DNA from: an uncultured Alphaproteobacteria bacterium | GTDB lineage: Bacteria; Pseudomonadota; Alphaproteobacteria; MPNO01; DASWLB01 | DNA length: 64,000 bases | Direction of reading: 5' to 3' | Assembly: GCA_963817535.1 (NCBI GenBank) | Contig: CAWFOW010000011.1 | Location: forward strand, 160,398-224,397 | Shown here: one piece after another, positions 53,425-61,250 of the stretch | Numbering within the stretch: position 1 is the stretch's first letter | Layout of the letters: each line of letters opens with the position of its first letter | Made by a program: the position numbers and the translations under genes | The notes under the pieces: model-generated | Seen by the model: only the letters and a program-made list of their open reading frames with translations | Told to the model about the DNA's origin: nothing | Databases searched by the model: none

Positions 53425-53847
53425 CTACCGCCGGTAGGGGAAGCAGCGCTCGCGGTCGAGGGTCAGGTGGAAGTGGCTGGCCAGCACCTCGATCGCCGGC
53501 CGGTATTCCCGATAGGGGTCGGCGTTGGCCTCGCCGACGATGATGATGCGGAAGCCGGGATCGTCGCGCCCACCCGGCGGCAGCATCGCGGTGACCAGCG
53601 CGGTGCCGTCCCGGTCGCGCAGCGTGAGGAACAGCGGCATGGTCTGCTGGACGTGGCGCTCGAGCCCGATATTCTGCTCGATGAAGACGGACGAGGCCGG
53701 CCGGTAGCCTGCGACCGCGGCCTCGCGCTCGCGGCGGAAATGCTTGCCGACCGCGTGGTTCATCAGGGCCGATTCCTGCTCGGCCTCCGGCAGGGACTCG
53801 ATGCGGAACCAGGTCCGCTTTTCGGGCGCGTCGCAGACGTACTTCAT
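53425..53847 (-). CDS. Hypothetical protein (140 aa; no motif recognised)
   Basis: A clean ORF with an ATG start and coding-like composition (MKYVCDAPEKRTWFRIESLPEAEQESALMNH...). It is convergent with the AAA+ gene (15-nt gap) and divergent from the acyl-CoA ligase gene. Confidence 0.55.
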   Translation of the reverse strand: MKYVCDAPEKRTWFRIESLPEAEQESALMNHAVGKHFRREREAAVAGYRPASSVFIEQNIGLERHVQQTMPLFLTLRDRDGTALVTAMLPPGGRDDPGFRIIIVGEANADPYREYRPAIEVLASHFHLTLDRERCFPYRR

Positions 53848-53996
53848 GGCGATTTCCCCACTCGTCCGGTCGCCCCACCATCATACACAAGCCGGGGAGT
53901 CGTTTGAACCGGCGAAGGGCGGAGCGCGCTGTCTCGTCGCGCTTTATGGTTTTCGTAAGGGGGATGGGCTATCGTCCCGCGTCGTGCCCATGGCGC

Positions 53997-54019
53997 CTGC
54001 CGACATGATCTGCCGACAT
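53997..54019 (+). repeat. Direct repeat CTGCCGACAT x2 (13-nt period) just upstream of the acyl-CoA ligase start
   Basis: CTGCCGACAT occurs at 53997-54006 and 54010-54019, ending 14 nt before GTG 54034. Confidence 0.3.
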
Positions 54020-54033
54020 TTTCGGGGCCTCGC

Positions 54034-55629
54034 GTGAGCCTGATCCTGCCCGATCTGATGGCGCGAAGCGCGGCGCGCTCGCCGGGCGCGGAAGCGCTGA
54101 AGCATCGTGACAGCGCGCTTTCCTATGGGGCGCTGTGGGCGGCGGTCGAGGGGGCAGCACGGCGCCTCGTCGCGCTCGGGCTCGCCCGCGGTGAGCGTGT
54201 CGCGGTCTATCTCGACAAGCGTCCCGAGGCGGTCGTCGCCATGTTCGGCGCAGCGGCGGCGGGCGGCGCCTTCGTGCCGGTGGCGCCTGTGCTGCGCCCC
54301 GCCCAGGTCGCGCACATCCTCAAGGACTGCAATGTCCGCGTGCTGGTCACCTCGACAACGCGGCTCGAGACGCTGGCCGGCGTGCTCCCCGACTGTGCCG
54401 ACCTGCGCCAGGTGATCGTCGTCGACGGCGACGGGGCGGGCCTTCTGCCGCCCGCGGTCACCGGGCTCGCGTGGGATGAAGCGCTCGGTAATGCGGCCGA
54501 ACCCGGCGCGTCGCCGCATCGCGTGATCGACCAGGACATGGCGGCGATCTTCTACACCTCGGGCTCGACCGGCCTTCCCAAGGGGGTCGTGCTGTCGCAC
54601 CGCAACTTGGTGGCCGGCGCGCAGTCGGTCAGCGCCTACCTCGAGAACGTGGCGGCGGACCGCATCCTGTCTGTCCTGCCGCTCAATTTCGACGCGGGGT
54701 TCAGCCAGCTCACCACCGCCTTCCATGTCGGCGCCGCGGTCGTGCTGCTCGATTACAGCTTCCCGCGCGACGTGGCCCGCCTCGCGGCGCGCGAGCGCAT
54801 CACAGGCATCGCCGGCGTGCCGCCCTTGTGGAGCCAGCTTGCTGATGTGGACTGGCCGGGCGCGGCGGTGGAGTCGCTCCGCTACTTCACCACGACGGGC
54901 GATCGCATGCCCCGGCCCACCCTCGACCGGCTGCGGGCCAAATTTCCCAACGCCAAGCCGTACCTCATGTACGGGCTCACCGAATCGTTCCGCTCCACCT
55001 ATCTGCCGCCGTCGGAGATCGACCGGCGGCCGGACTCGATCGGCAAGGCGGTGCCCAATGCCGAGATCCTCGTGGTCCGCCCGGACGGCACGCTCTGCGG
55101 CCCGGACGAGCCGGGCGAGCTGGTCCATCGCGGCGCGTTCGTGGCGCTCGGCTACTGGAACGATCCCGAACGCACCGCCGAGCGGTTCCGCCCAGCGCCG
55201 GCCCGCCCCGGCGAACTGCCCATCGCCGAGATGGCGGTGTGGTCGGGCGACACGGTGCGAATGGACGCGGACGGGTTCCTCTATTTCCTGGGCCGCGGCG
55301 ACGCGATGCTCAAGACCTCGGGCTACCGGGTCAGCCCGACCGAGATCGAGCAGGTCGTCCTGGCCTCGGCGGCGGCGGGCGAGGCGGTGGTCGTCGGCGT
55401 GCCGCACGCCACGCTCGGGCAGGCCGTCGTCGTGGTGGCGACGCCGCGCGAAGGCGCCACCGTCGACCAGGATGCGATCCTCGATCATTGCCGGCGCGAG
55501 CTTCCGGCCTACATGGTGCCGCGCGCCGTGGTCGTGCGCGACGTTATCCCGCGCAACGCCAACGGCAAGATCGACCGCAAGGCGCTGGCCGAGGAGCTGG
55601 CCGACCTGTTCGCGGGCGAGGCGGGCTGA
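54034..55629 (+). CDS. Acyl-CoA ligase (AMP-forming), resembling the exosortase-A-system-associated subfamily
   Basis: GTG start. Adenylate-forming motifs are present (…IFYTSGSTGLPKGV…, …TGD…, …NGKIDRKAL…). The N-terminal block ERVAVYLDKRPEAVVAMFGAAAAGGAFVPVAPVLRPAQVAHILKDCNVRVLVTS matches my recollection of the XrtA-associated ligase family. Confidence 0.8.
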   Translation: MSLILPDLMARSAARSPGAEALKHRDSALSYGALWAAVEGAARRLVALGLARGERVAVYLDKRPEAVVAMFGAAAAGGAFVPVAPVLRPAQVAHILKDCNVRVLVTSTTRLETLAGVLPDCADLRQVIVVDGDGAGLLPPAVTGLAWDEALGNAAEPGASPHRVIDQDMAAIFYTSGSTGLPKGVVLSHRNLVAGAQSVSAYLENVAADRILSVLPLNFDAGFSQLTTAFHVGAAVVLLDYSFPRDVARLAARERITGIAGVPPLWSQLADVDWPGAAVESLRYFTTTGDRMPRPTLDRLRAKFPNAKPYLMYGLTESFRSTYLPPSEIDRRPDSIGKAVPNAEILVVRPDGTLCGPDEPGELVHRGAFVALGYWNDPERTAERFRPAPARPGELPIAEMAVWSGDTVRMDADGFLYFLGRGDAMLKTSGYRVSPTEIEQVVLASAAAGEAVVVGVPHATLGQAVVVVATPREGATVDQDAILDHCRRELPAYMVPRAVVVRDVIPRNANGKIDRKALAEELADLFAGEAG

Positions 55630-55632
55630 CGG

Positions 55633-56724
55633 CTATGGCAATCTGTGCAATCGCGCGGTCACGGACGCGACGAGCTGGCGCGCCGCCAGCACGAGGCCGT
55701 TAAGGGTGAACAGGTTGAATGCCTCGATCCCGACGCGCTGGCGCAACTCGGCCATCCAGTCCCGCTTGTAGTCCTCGCTGCCGATCCCGTAATCGATCTC
55801 CGCCACGCGATCTTCGTCGAGCACTTGGCGCATCATCTCGCGGGTCAGGATCGAGCCGGGAGAGAACGCCTTGAACCGCTCGTCATAGGCCAGCTTGTAG
55901 ATGGCCGCCGTTTGCCCCGACACCAGCCAAAGCTGGGCCGCGGCCGGGGCCCCGTCGACATAAAGGAGACCGAGCTGCAGCGACCCGAGCCGACCTGCGA
56001 TCCGGCAAAGCTCGCGAATGAAGCCGGGCGCGGTTTCCGGGTCCTTCCAGCTTTGTCCGTAGACGGCCGCGTAGTCGTCGAGCTGCGTCTCGGTGACCTC
56101 GGTCGCGACCACGATCTCGACCGTATGGCCTTCGCGCAGCTTCCGCTCGCGCCGCCGGATGGTGTTCCGCACCTGCGAGGCGCGGGAAGCATAATAGGCC
56201 TCGAATCCGATACCGGCGGTCGCGATGAACTGGTTCTCGTACTGAAAGAAGCGATGGGCGCGGAACCCGCCTCGCGACAGGCCGCGCTCGATCCATCCCG
56301 TCGCCGCGTTGTCCGAATCGAGAAGCCGCAACTCCACCTTGCGCCAGCGCGGCCGTTCCGCCCGGATGAACGCCAGGATCGCCGCAAGGGGTGCCTCCCC
56401 CCCGGCCGAGTCCGGCGCGAAGACCGGCCCGTAGGCCACCGAGTAAACGCTGGTCAGGCTGTAAAGCCGACGCCTGCCCGAATCGGCCGCGCAGTAGAGG
56501 ACGCAGAACGATTCGGGAGCAGCCCCCTCGGCGACGTAGATTCGTGGCTCCAGGGCAGCTGGCAAGCCGTGTGTGGCCAGCCCCTCGAACCATTCGAGGG
56601 CGCGGAACAGGTCGTGCTGGGCACCATAGCGAAGGGATGCCCCATGGGCGTCCGCGAGGGCGGAAAGCGAGCCGTAGACCCGCACGGCGGCCGGCATTTG
56701 ACGGGATGGATCGGTGGCCCCCAT
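55633..56724 (-). CDS. GNAT-family N-acetyltransferase (CelD/BcsL-like, Acetyltransf_6)
   Basis: 363 aa. Pattern …YYASRASQVRNTIRRRERKL…, …LLYVDGAPAAAQLWLV…AIYKLAYDERFKAFSPGSIL…. Its stop lies 3 nt from the convergent ligase stop. Confidence 0.7.
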   Translation of the reverse strand: MGATDPSRQMPAAVRVYGSLSALADAHGASLRYGAQHDLFRALEWFEGLATHGLPAALEPRIYVAEGAAPESFCVLYCAADSGRRRLYSLTSVYSVAYGPVFAPDSAGGEAPLAAILAFIRAERPRWRKVELRLLDSDNAATGWIERGLSRGGFRAHRFFQYENQFIATAGIGFEAYYASRASQVRNTIRRRERKLREGHTVEIVVATEVTETQLDDYAAVYGQSWKDPETAPGFIRELCRIAGRLGSLQLGLLYVDGAPAAAQLWLVSGQTAAIYKLAYDERFKAFSPGSILTREMMRQVLDEDRVAEIDYGIGSEDYKRDWMAELRQRVGIEAFNLFTLNGLVLAARQLVASVTARLHRLP

Positions 56725-56939
56725 CGGCCCCCTCGGCGGCGTTCGCGCCCCGGGCGGGCGCGCCCGGCGAGTGTTAACACGGCCCGCGCGGGCGAGGCCA
56801 GCACAGGCGCCGAGCGTGATTTTCCCGCAATTGGCCGGGTACCGTGTCTTTTGACATTCGGGAAACCAGGCCGTAAGAATTCGGTGGTTTCATTCCGCCA
56901 CGTATCTTGCGCGAAACTTGCAAGCTGGGAGGACGACCC

Positions 56940-57572
56940 GTGGTTCGTATCCGGAGCCTCAACGCGATTGCCGCCGCGTTTCTCGCCGCCGGGCTCGCCC
57001 TCGCGGGCTGCAGCGGGGCGCCCGAACTGCCCTCGGCCTCGCTGCTGCAGCAGGCGAAGGCGCAGCAGACCGAGTACCACATCGGTCCGCTCGATTTCCT
57101 GCAGATCTTCGTGTGGCGCAATCCCGACCTCTCGACCAGCGTGCCGGTCCGCCCCGACGGGCGCATCTCGGTGCCGCTGATCGAGGACCTGCCTGCGGCC
57201 AACAAGACCCCCACCCAGCTTGCCCGCGACATCGAGAAGAAGCTCGGCGTGTTCGTCCAGGATCCGATCGTCACCGTGATCGTGACCAACTTCGTCGGCC
57301 CATTCAACGACCAGGTGCGGGTGGTGGGCGAGGCGGCACAGCCCCAGGCGCTCGCCTACCGGACGACGATGACGCTGCTGGACGTGATGATTTCGGTCGG
57401 AGGCATTACCGATTTCGCTGCCGGGAACCGCGCCAGCATCACCCGGGTGGTCGACGGCAAGGAAGCCCATTTCCGCGTGCGGCTGGACGACCTGCTGCGC
57501 GACGGCGACCTGACCGCGAACGTACGCGTCCTGCCGGGCGACATCATCACAATTCCGGAAGCGTGGTTCTAG
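56940..57572 (+). CDS. Polysaccharide export lipoprotein (PEP-CTERM/XrtA-type EpsE-like OPX)
   Basis: GTG 56940 follows GGGAGGA; the track ORF starts at TTG 56907. Lipobox LALAGC. Poly_export pattern: YHIGPLDFLQIFVWRNPDLSTSVPVRPDGRISVPLIEDLPAANKTPTQL, RVVGEAAQPQALAY, LLDVMISVGGITDFAAGNRA. Confidence 0.8.
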   Translation: MVRIRSLNAIAAAFLAAGLALAGCSGAPELPSASLLQQAKAQQTEYHIGPLDFLQIFVWRNPDLSTSVPVRPDGRISVPLIEDLPAANKTPTQLARDIEKKLGVFVQDPIVTVIVTNFVGPFNDQVRVVGEAAQPQALAYRTTMTLLDVMISVGGITDFAAGNRASITRVVDGKEAHFRVRLDDLLRDGDLTANVRVLPGDIITIPEAWF

Positions 57573-57578
57573 GAGAGG

Positions 57579-57593
57579 TTCGGCCGGGCCGAA
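57579..57593. terminator. Short hairpin between convergent genes
   Basis: TTCGGC-cgg-GCCGAA (57579-57593) lies between the stops at 57572 and 57609. The stem is short and there is no clear U-tract. Confidence 0.2.
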
Positions 57594-57608
57594 GATTTCG
57601 GCGCCGCC

Positions 57609-60218
57609 CTACCGCTTCTCCGGCGTATCGCAGCTGAGGCCGCTCGACGCGAGCCAGCGTCGGTCGGAGTCGGTGTCGATCCCGTATTTCATGCGCTGGC
57701 AGGCGGTCAGCCGGTCCATGTAGAGCGACGGGTCGTCGACCGAGAGACGCCCCGGGCGGACCGAGAAATGCGTGCGCGGCAGGTTCGTGCCGGTTTGGTA
57801 GTTCGCGACGACGATCCTGATCTTCCGCGACACCCCGGTGTCGAATGCGAGCTCGCCCTCGAACCGGCCGGTGATCGCCCCTGCCGCCGGCAGGATCCAC
57901 CGCTCATCCTCGCCCAGCACGCCGACCGCCACCGTTCCCGCACGCACCGCCACCGGAAGCGACAGGGTCGCGCGGCGGTGAGCCGGCACCTTGATCCAGG
58001 GGGAGATCAGCTGGTAGCCGTAGGTCGACGCGTCGCCCGTCAGGTTGAACGCGCCGTTCGACTTCGCGCTCACATCGGCCGGATTGGCCAGTACCGCCCA
58101 GCTTTCGAGCGGGGGTATGGCGACGGGCTGGCGCTGCGGTGGGGTGCCGCGCTCGGCCAGGCGGCGCACCGACGCGACCGCGAACAAAGCGCCCTCGGCC
58201 GCGTCGAACTGGGCCAGGTAGAGCGGCCCGCCCTCATGGCGGACCAAAAGATACGTCACCGCCTCGCCCGGCAGATAGTCGGCCTGGGCGAGATGCGTCG
58301 TGGTCGTCGCGCCGGACGACGTCATTAGCTGCAGCCCCATGTCCGAGAATCCGACGGCCACCTCCGGTGCGGGGAGGCCAAGAATCGAGCCCATATGCGT
58401 GCCGCTGGTGTGCGTGAGGCGCAACTCGATCAGGTAGGTGCCGGCCGCAACGTCGCCTTCGGACCGCACGGCGCGGTTGGCCCCTTCGCGCGGGCCGTTC
58501 GTGCCGAGGGTGATCGCGACGGGACCGGCCGGCGCAAAGCCGACTGCAAGCGGCGCGCCGAACGAGTGCCGCCATTGCGGCGTGGTGCCGTCATTGACCG
58601 AAACGGCCGGCGGCCCGGTGACTTCGCTCGCGAGATCGGTGCGCGCATAGGTCTCGAACAGCCCGTATGGCGGGGCGTCGGTCAGGGCCACCAGCCGGTA
58701 GTGCACCGGCGGGTCGAACTGCGGAAACAGCGTGTTCGTCCTGTCCGCATCGGCAGGCGGGGTGCGGATGATGGCCCTTTCCTGGTTGCCGAGGATTATG
58801 AAGGCCGGCGCCAGGGCGGCTGTTCTCGCGTGCTGGAAGCCCCTGAGGAACATCGGGCCCTCGCGGAACTGGACAAGGTCCACACGTGTCCCGCTGCCGA
58901 GACCGAGCACGACCGGGCCCCACACGCTGGCATGCGCCGGCAGCGGGCCAAGGATGCGGTCCTTCAGCGCCTCGAACGGCACGTTCCCGCCCGCCGCGGC
59001 CACGATCCAGGGCGGGTTGGCGTGCAGCCCCCAGGCCTGCCACAAAAGCAGCGCGCCCATCGCTGCCGTGCCCGCCGCGTCGAACCCGTCCGCGACGGCC
59101 GGGCGCAGACGGCTTGCCGCGTCCTGGAACACGCACCATGCCGCACCGAGCGTCCAGATCGCCGTCACCTGGCTCAGGATGACGTAGCCGGAATGGAAGT
59201 TCGGATAGAGGCCGAGGCCCAGCAGGTAGGCGCCGAACATGACGATCGGCGGCGCGGCCCAGGCGAGGCGCGCCGTTGCGCCGTCGGATGGACGCGCCAG
59301 CGCTGCAATCGTCGCGGCAAGGCACACCGCTCCCGCGAGCGGCAGCAGCACATGCAGCTCGGCCGGGATCGCGTTCCAGAACCGGACGGCATGGCGGTCG
59401 AAGATGGCGCCGAAAGGCTGCGGATTGATATCGTGCACGAACGCGCTGTAGCTGAACAGCAGGTCGATGAGCGCTGTCACGTGGAAGCGGATCATCGCAA
59501 GGAACACGACAACGACCGCCGCCGCGCCGCCGGCCAGCGCGACGAAACTCCGCAAGGCACTCTGGAGAGGTGGCGCGTCCGTGCCCCGGCGCGCGGCCCA
59601 GTTGAGGGCCCAGAGGACGATGAGCCCCGGCGCCAGAGCCCAGGCGATCTGGTGCTGGATCACTGCGGCCGCGATCGCCGCGCCCGACAGGCACCAGGCG
59701 GACCAGCGTCCCGTCCGGATGGCGTCGGTCGCAGCCGCCATGCCAAGCGCCGCCATCACCGACACCGCGATGTCGGGCCGGACCATGGGCCACTGGAAGC
59801 GCCAGAACGTGACCAGCAGCCCCGACGCGATGATGGCGCCGGCCGCGAGCGAGCGGCGGCGGAACGTCCAGACTGCGATCGCGGCAATGGCGATCAGCCC
59901 CAGCGGGTGCAGATAGCGCATCGCGACCAGGCTGGTGCCGAACAGCCATTCGAGGGCCGCGCCCGCCAGGAAGTACCAGGGCCCGTAATTGTAGAACACG
60001 TCCGAGCGGGGGATGGTGCCGCCGCCCTGCATCGGGCTCGCGAGGAACGCGTAGCGCCCGTGCTCGGCCAAGGTCACCGAGACGTTCATCAGCGAATCGT
60101 CGACCGCAACGTAGGGCGCCCGTCCGGCGACGGCGAAAAAGATGTGCGTGCTGACGAGAATGGCGACGACGCAGCCAAGCGCGAACAGAAGGCGCGCGGC
60201 GCCAGTCGGAAGCCGCAT
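57609..60218 (-). CDS. GT-C-like (ArnT/PMT-type) integral membrane glycosyltransferase with ~390-aa C-terminal extracytoplasmic domain
   Basis: ORF 57609-61061 trimmed to ATG 60218 (alternative ATG 60266). About 470 aa of TM helices. The first loop carries YVAVDDSLMNVSVTLAEHGRY (DD at nt 60096-60101), which resembles the GT-C D[DE]x..G.[YW] motif. The C-terminal domain is beta-rich and unrecognised. Confidence 0.6.
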   Translation of the reverse strand: MRLPTGAARLLFALGCVVAILVSTHIFFAVAGRAPYVAVDDSLMNVSVTLAEHGRYAFLASPMQGGGTIPRSDVFYNYGPWYFLAGAALEWLFGTSLVAMRYLHPLGLIAIAAIAVWTFRRRSLAAGAIIASGLLVTFWRFQWPMVRPDIAVSVMAALGMAAATDAIRTGRWSAWCLSGAAIAAAVIQHQIAWALAPGLIVLWALNWAARRGTDAPPLQSALRSFVALAGGAAAVVVVFLAMIRFHVTALIDLLFSYSAFVHDINPQPFGAIFDRHAVRFWNAIPAELHVLLPLAGAVCLAATIAALARPSDGATARLAWAAPPIVMFGAYLLGLGLYPNFHSGYVILSQVTAIWTLGAAWCVFQDAASRLRPAVADGFDAAGTAAMGALLLWQAWGLHANPPWIVAAAGGNVPFEALKDRILGPLPAHASVWGPVVLGLGSGTRVDLVQFREGPMFLRGFQHARTAALAPAFIILGNQERAIIRTPPADADRTNTLFPQFDPPVHYRLVALTDAPPYGLFETYARTDLASEVTGPPAVSVNDGTTPQWRHSFGAPLAVGFAPAGPVAITLGTNGPREGANRAVRSEGDVAAGTYLIELRLTHTSGTHMGSILGLPAPEVAVGFSDMGLQLMTSSGATTTTHLAQADYLPGEAVTYLLVRHEGGPLYLAQFDAAEGALFAVASVRRLAERGTPPQRQPVAIPPLESWAVLANPADVSAKSNGAFNLTGDASTYGYQLISPWIKVPAHRRATLSLPVAVRAGTVAVGVLGEDERWILPAAGAITGRFEGELAFDTGVSRKIRIVVANYQTGTNLPRTHFSVRPGRLSVDDPSLYMDRLTACQRMKYGIDTDSDRRWLASSGLSCDTPEKR

Positions 60219-60362
60219 CGAGACAGATTGTGGCAAGTGCGTTCGCTCACCCCAGGTTCGCGTCATTCTCACGCTCGGCACGCAGCGCGCAAGGCCCTGA
60301 TCGGCCGGCGATTCTTGCCCGTCCGGTGGGGCTGGTATAGCTTGCCCGCGGCCGCAGAAGGC

Positions 60363-60391
60363 GCGAATTCCCGGGTGTTCTGGGAATTCGC
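60363..60391. promoter_or_regulatory. Perfect 10-bp inverted repeat upstream of the methyltransferase gene
   Basis: GCGAATTCCC (60363-60372) - gggtgttct - GGGAATTCGC (60382-60391), ending 26 nt before ATG 60417 in the divergent GT-C / methyltransferase intergenic region. Confidence 0.3.
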
Positions 60392-60416
60392 CTCCGCGGC
60401 GAGGGCGTGGCCCCGG

Positions 60417-61245
60417 ATGGTGACGAAAGACGCGATTCGCGAATTCTGGGACCGGCACCCGCTGATGTCGGGCGAGACCGACCTGCCGCCCGAGTCGCGC
60501 GCCTTCTTCGAATATCACGAGACGATATACCGCCGCGACGTGTTCGCCGGATCCGATATCCCGGCCGCGTTTTTCCCGTTCACCGCCGGCGCCAGAATTC
60601 TCGACGTGGGGTGCGGCCCCGGCTTCTGGACGCGCGAGCTGGCGCGACGGGGCTACGACGTCGCCGCGGTCGATTTGACCGAAACCGCGGTCCGGATTGC
60701 CCAGCGCAGCCTTGCACTGTTCGGGCTTCGCGCCGATGTGCGCCAGGGCGATGCCGAAAATCTGCCTTTCGCCGACTCGAGCTTCGACGGTGTCGTGTCG
60801 CACGGGGTGATCCACCACACGCCCGACACCGCGCGATGCGTCGCCGAGATGGCGCGCGTGCTGCGTCCCGGTGGCCTCGCCGTCGTCAGCGTTTATTACC
60901 GCAACGCCATACTGCGGAGCCCGTGCCTGACGCGAACTCGTGGCGCTCGTGCTCGGGCGTATGGTCGCGCTGCCCGGTCGCGGCCGCGAACGCCTGCTCG
61001 CTTCGGGCGACCCGGACGAGATCGTGCGCATGTATGACGGGTCGGGAAACCCGCTCGGCAAGGCCTTTACCCGCCCGCAGTTTCACGCGATGTTCGCCGC
61101 GGCGGGGTTGCAGCTGGTCGATCAGGCGCGATTTTATTTTCCGCTGCGCGGGTTCGGCCGTCTCGGCGACATGCTGGCGCCGGTGCACGGCATGCTGTCG
61201 CGTCGATTTGGACTAATGCAGGTCGTCGCGGCGCGAAAAGGCTGA
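60417..61245 (+). pseudogene. Class I SAM-dependent methyltransferase interrupted by a +1 frame change near 60930-60934
   Basis: Frame A from ATG 60417 carries the SAM motif ILDVGCGPGFW and reads credibly up to ...VVSVYYRNAILRSPCLT, after which it becomes Arg-rich junk ending at 61037. Frame B, open from 60931, continues credibly (RELVALVLGRMVALPGRGRERLLASGDPDEIVRMYDGSGNPLGKAF...) to the stop at 61245. Confidence 0.7.
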
Positions 61246-61250
61246 AGACC

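Noticed and set aside
53944-55488. 514-aa minus-strand ORF, and similar long antisense ORFs at 61134-63053, 4623-6125 and 17084-18109
   Set aside because: Each lies opposite a gene with clear family motifs (acyl-CoA ligase, carbamoyltransferase, Rieske beta/LLM, BY-kinase), and each has the Arg/Gly/Asp-rich composition of a non-coding frame.
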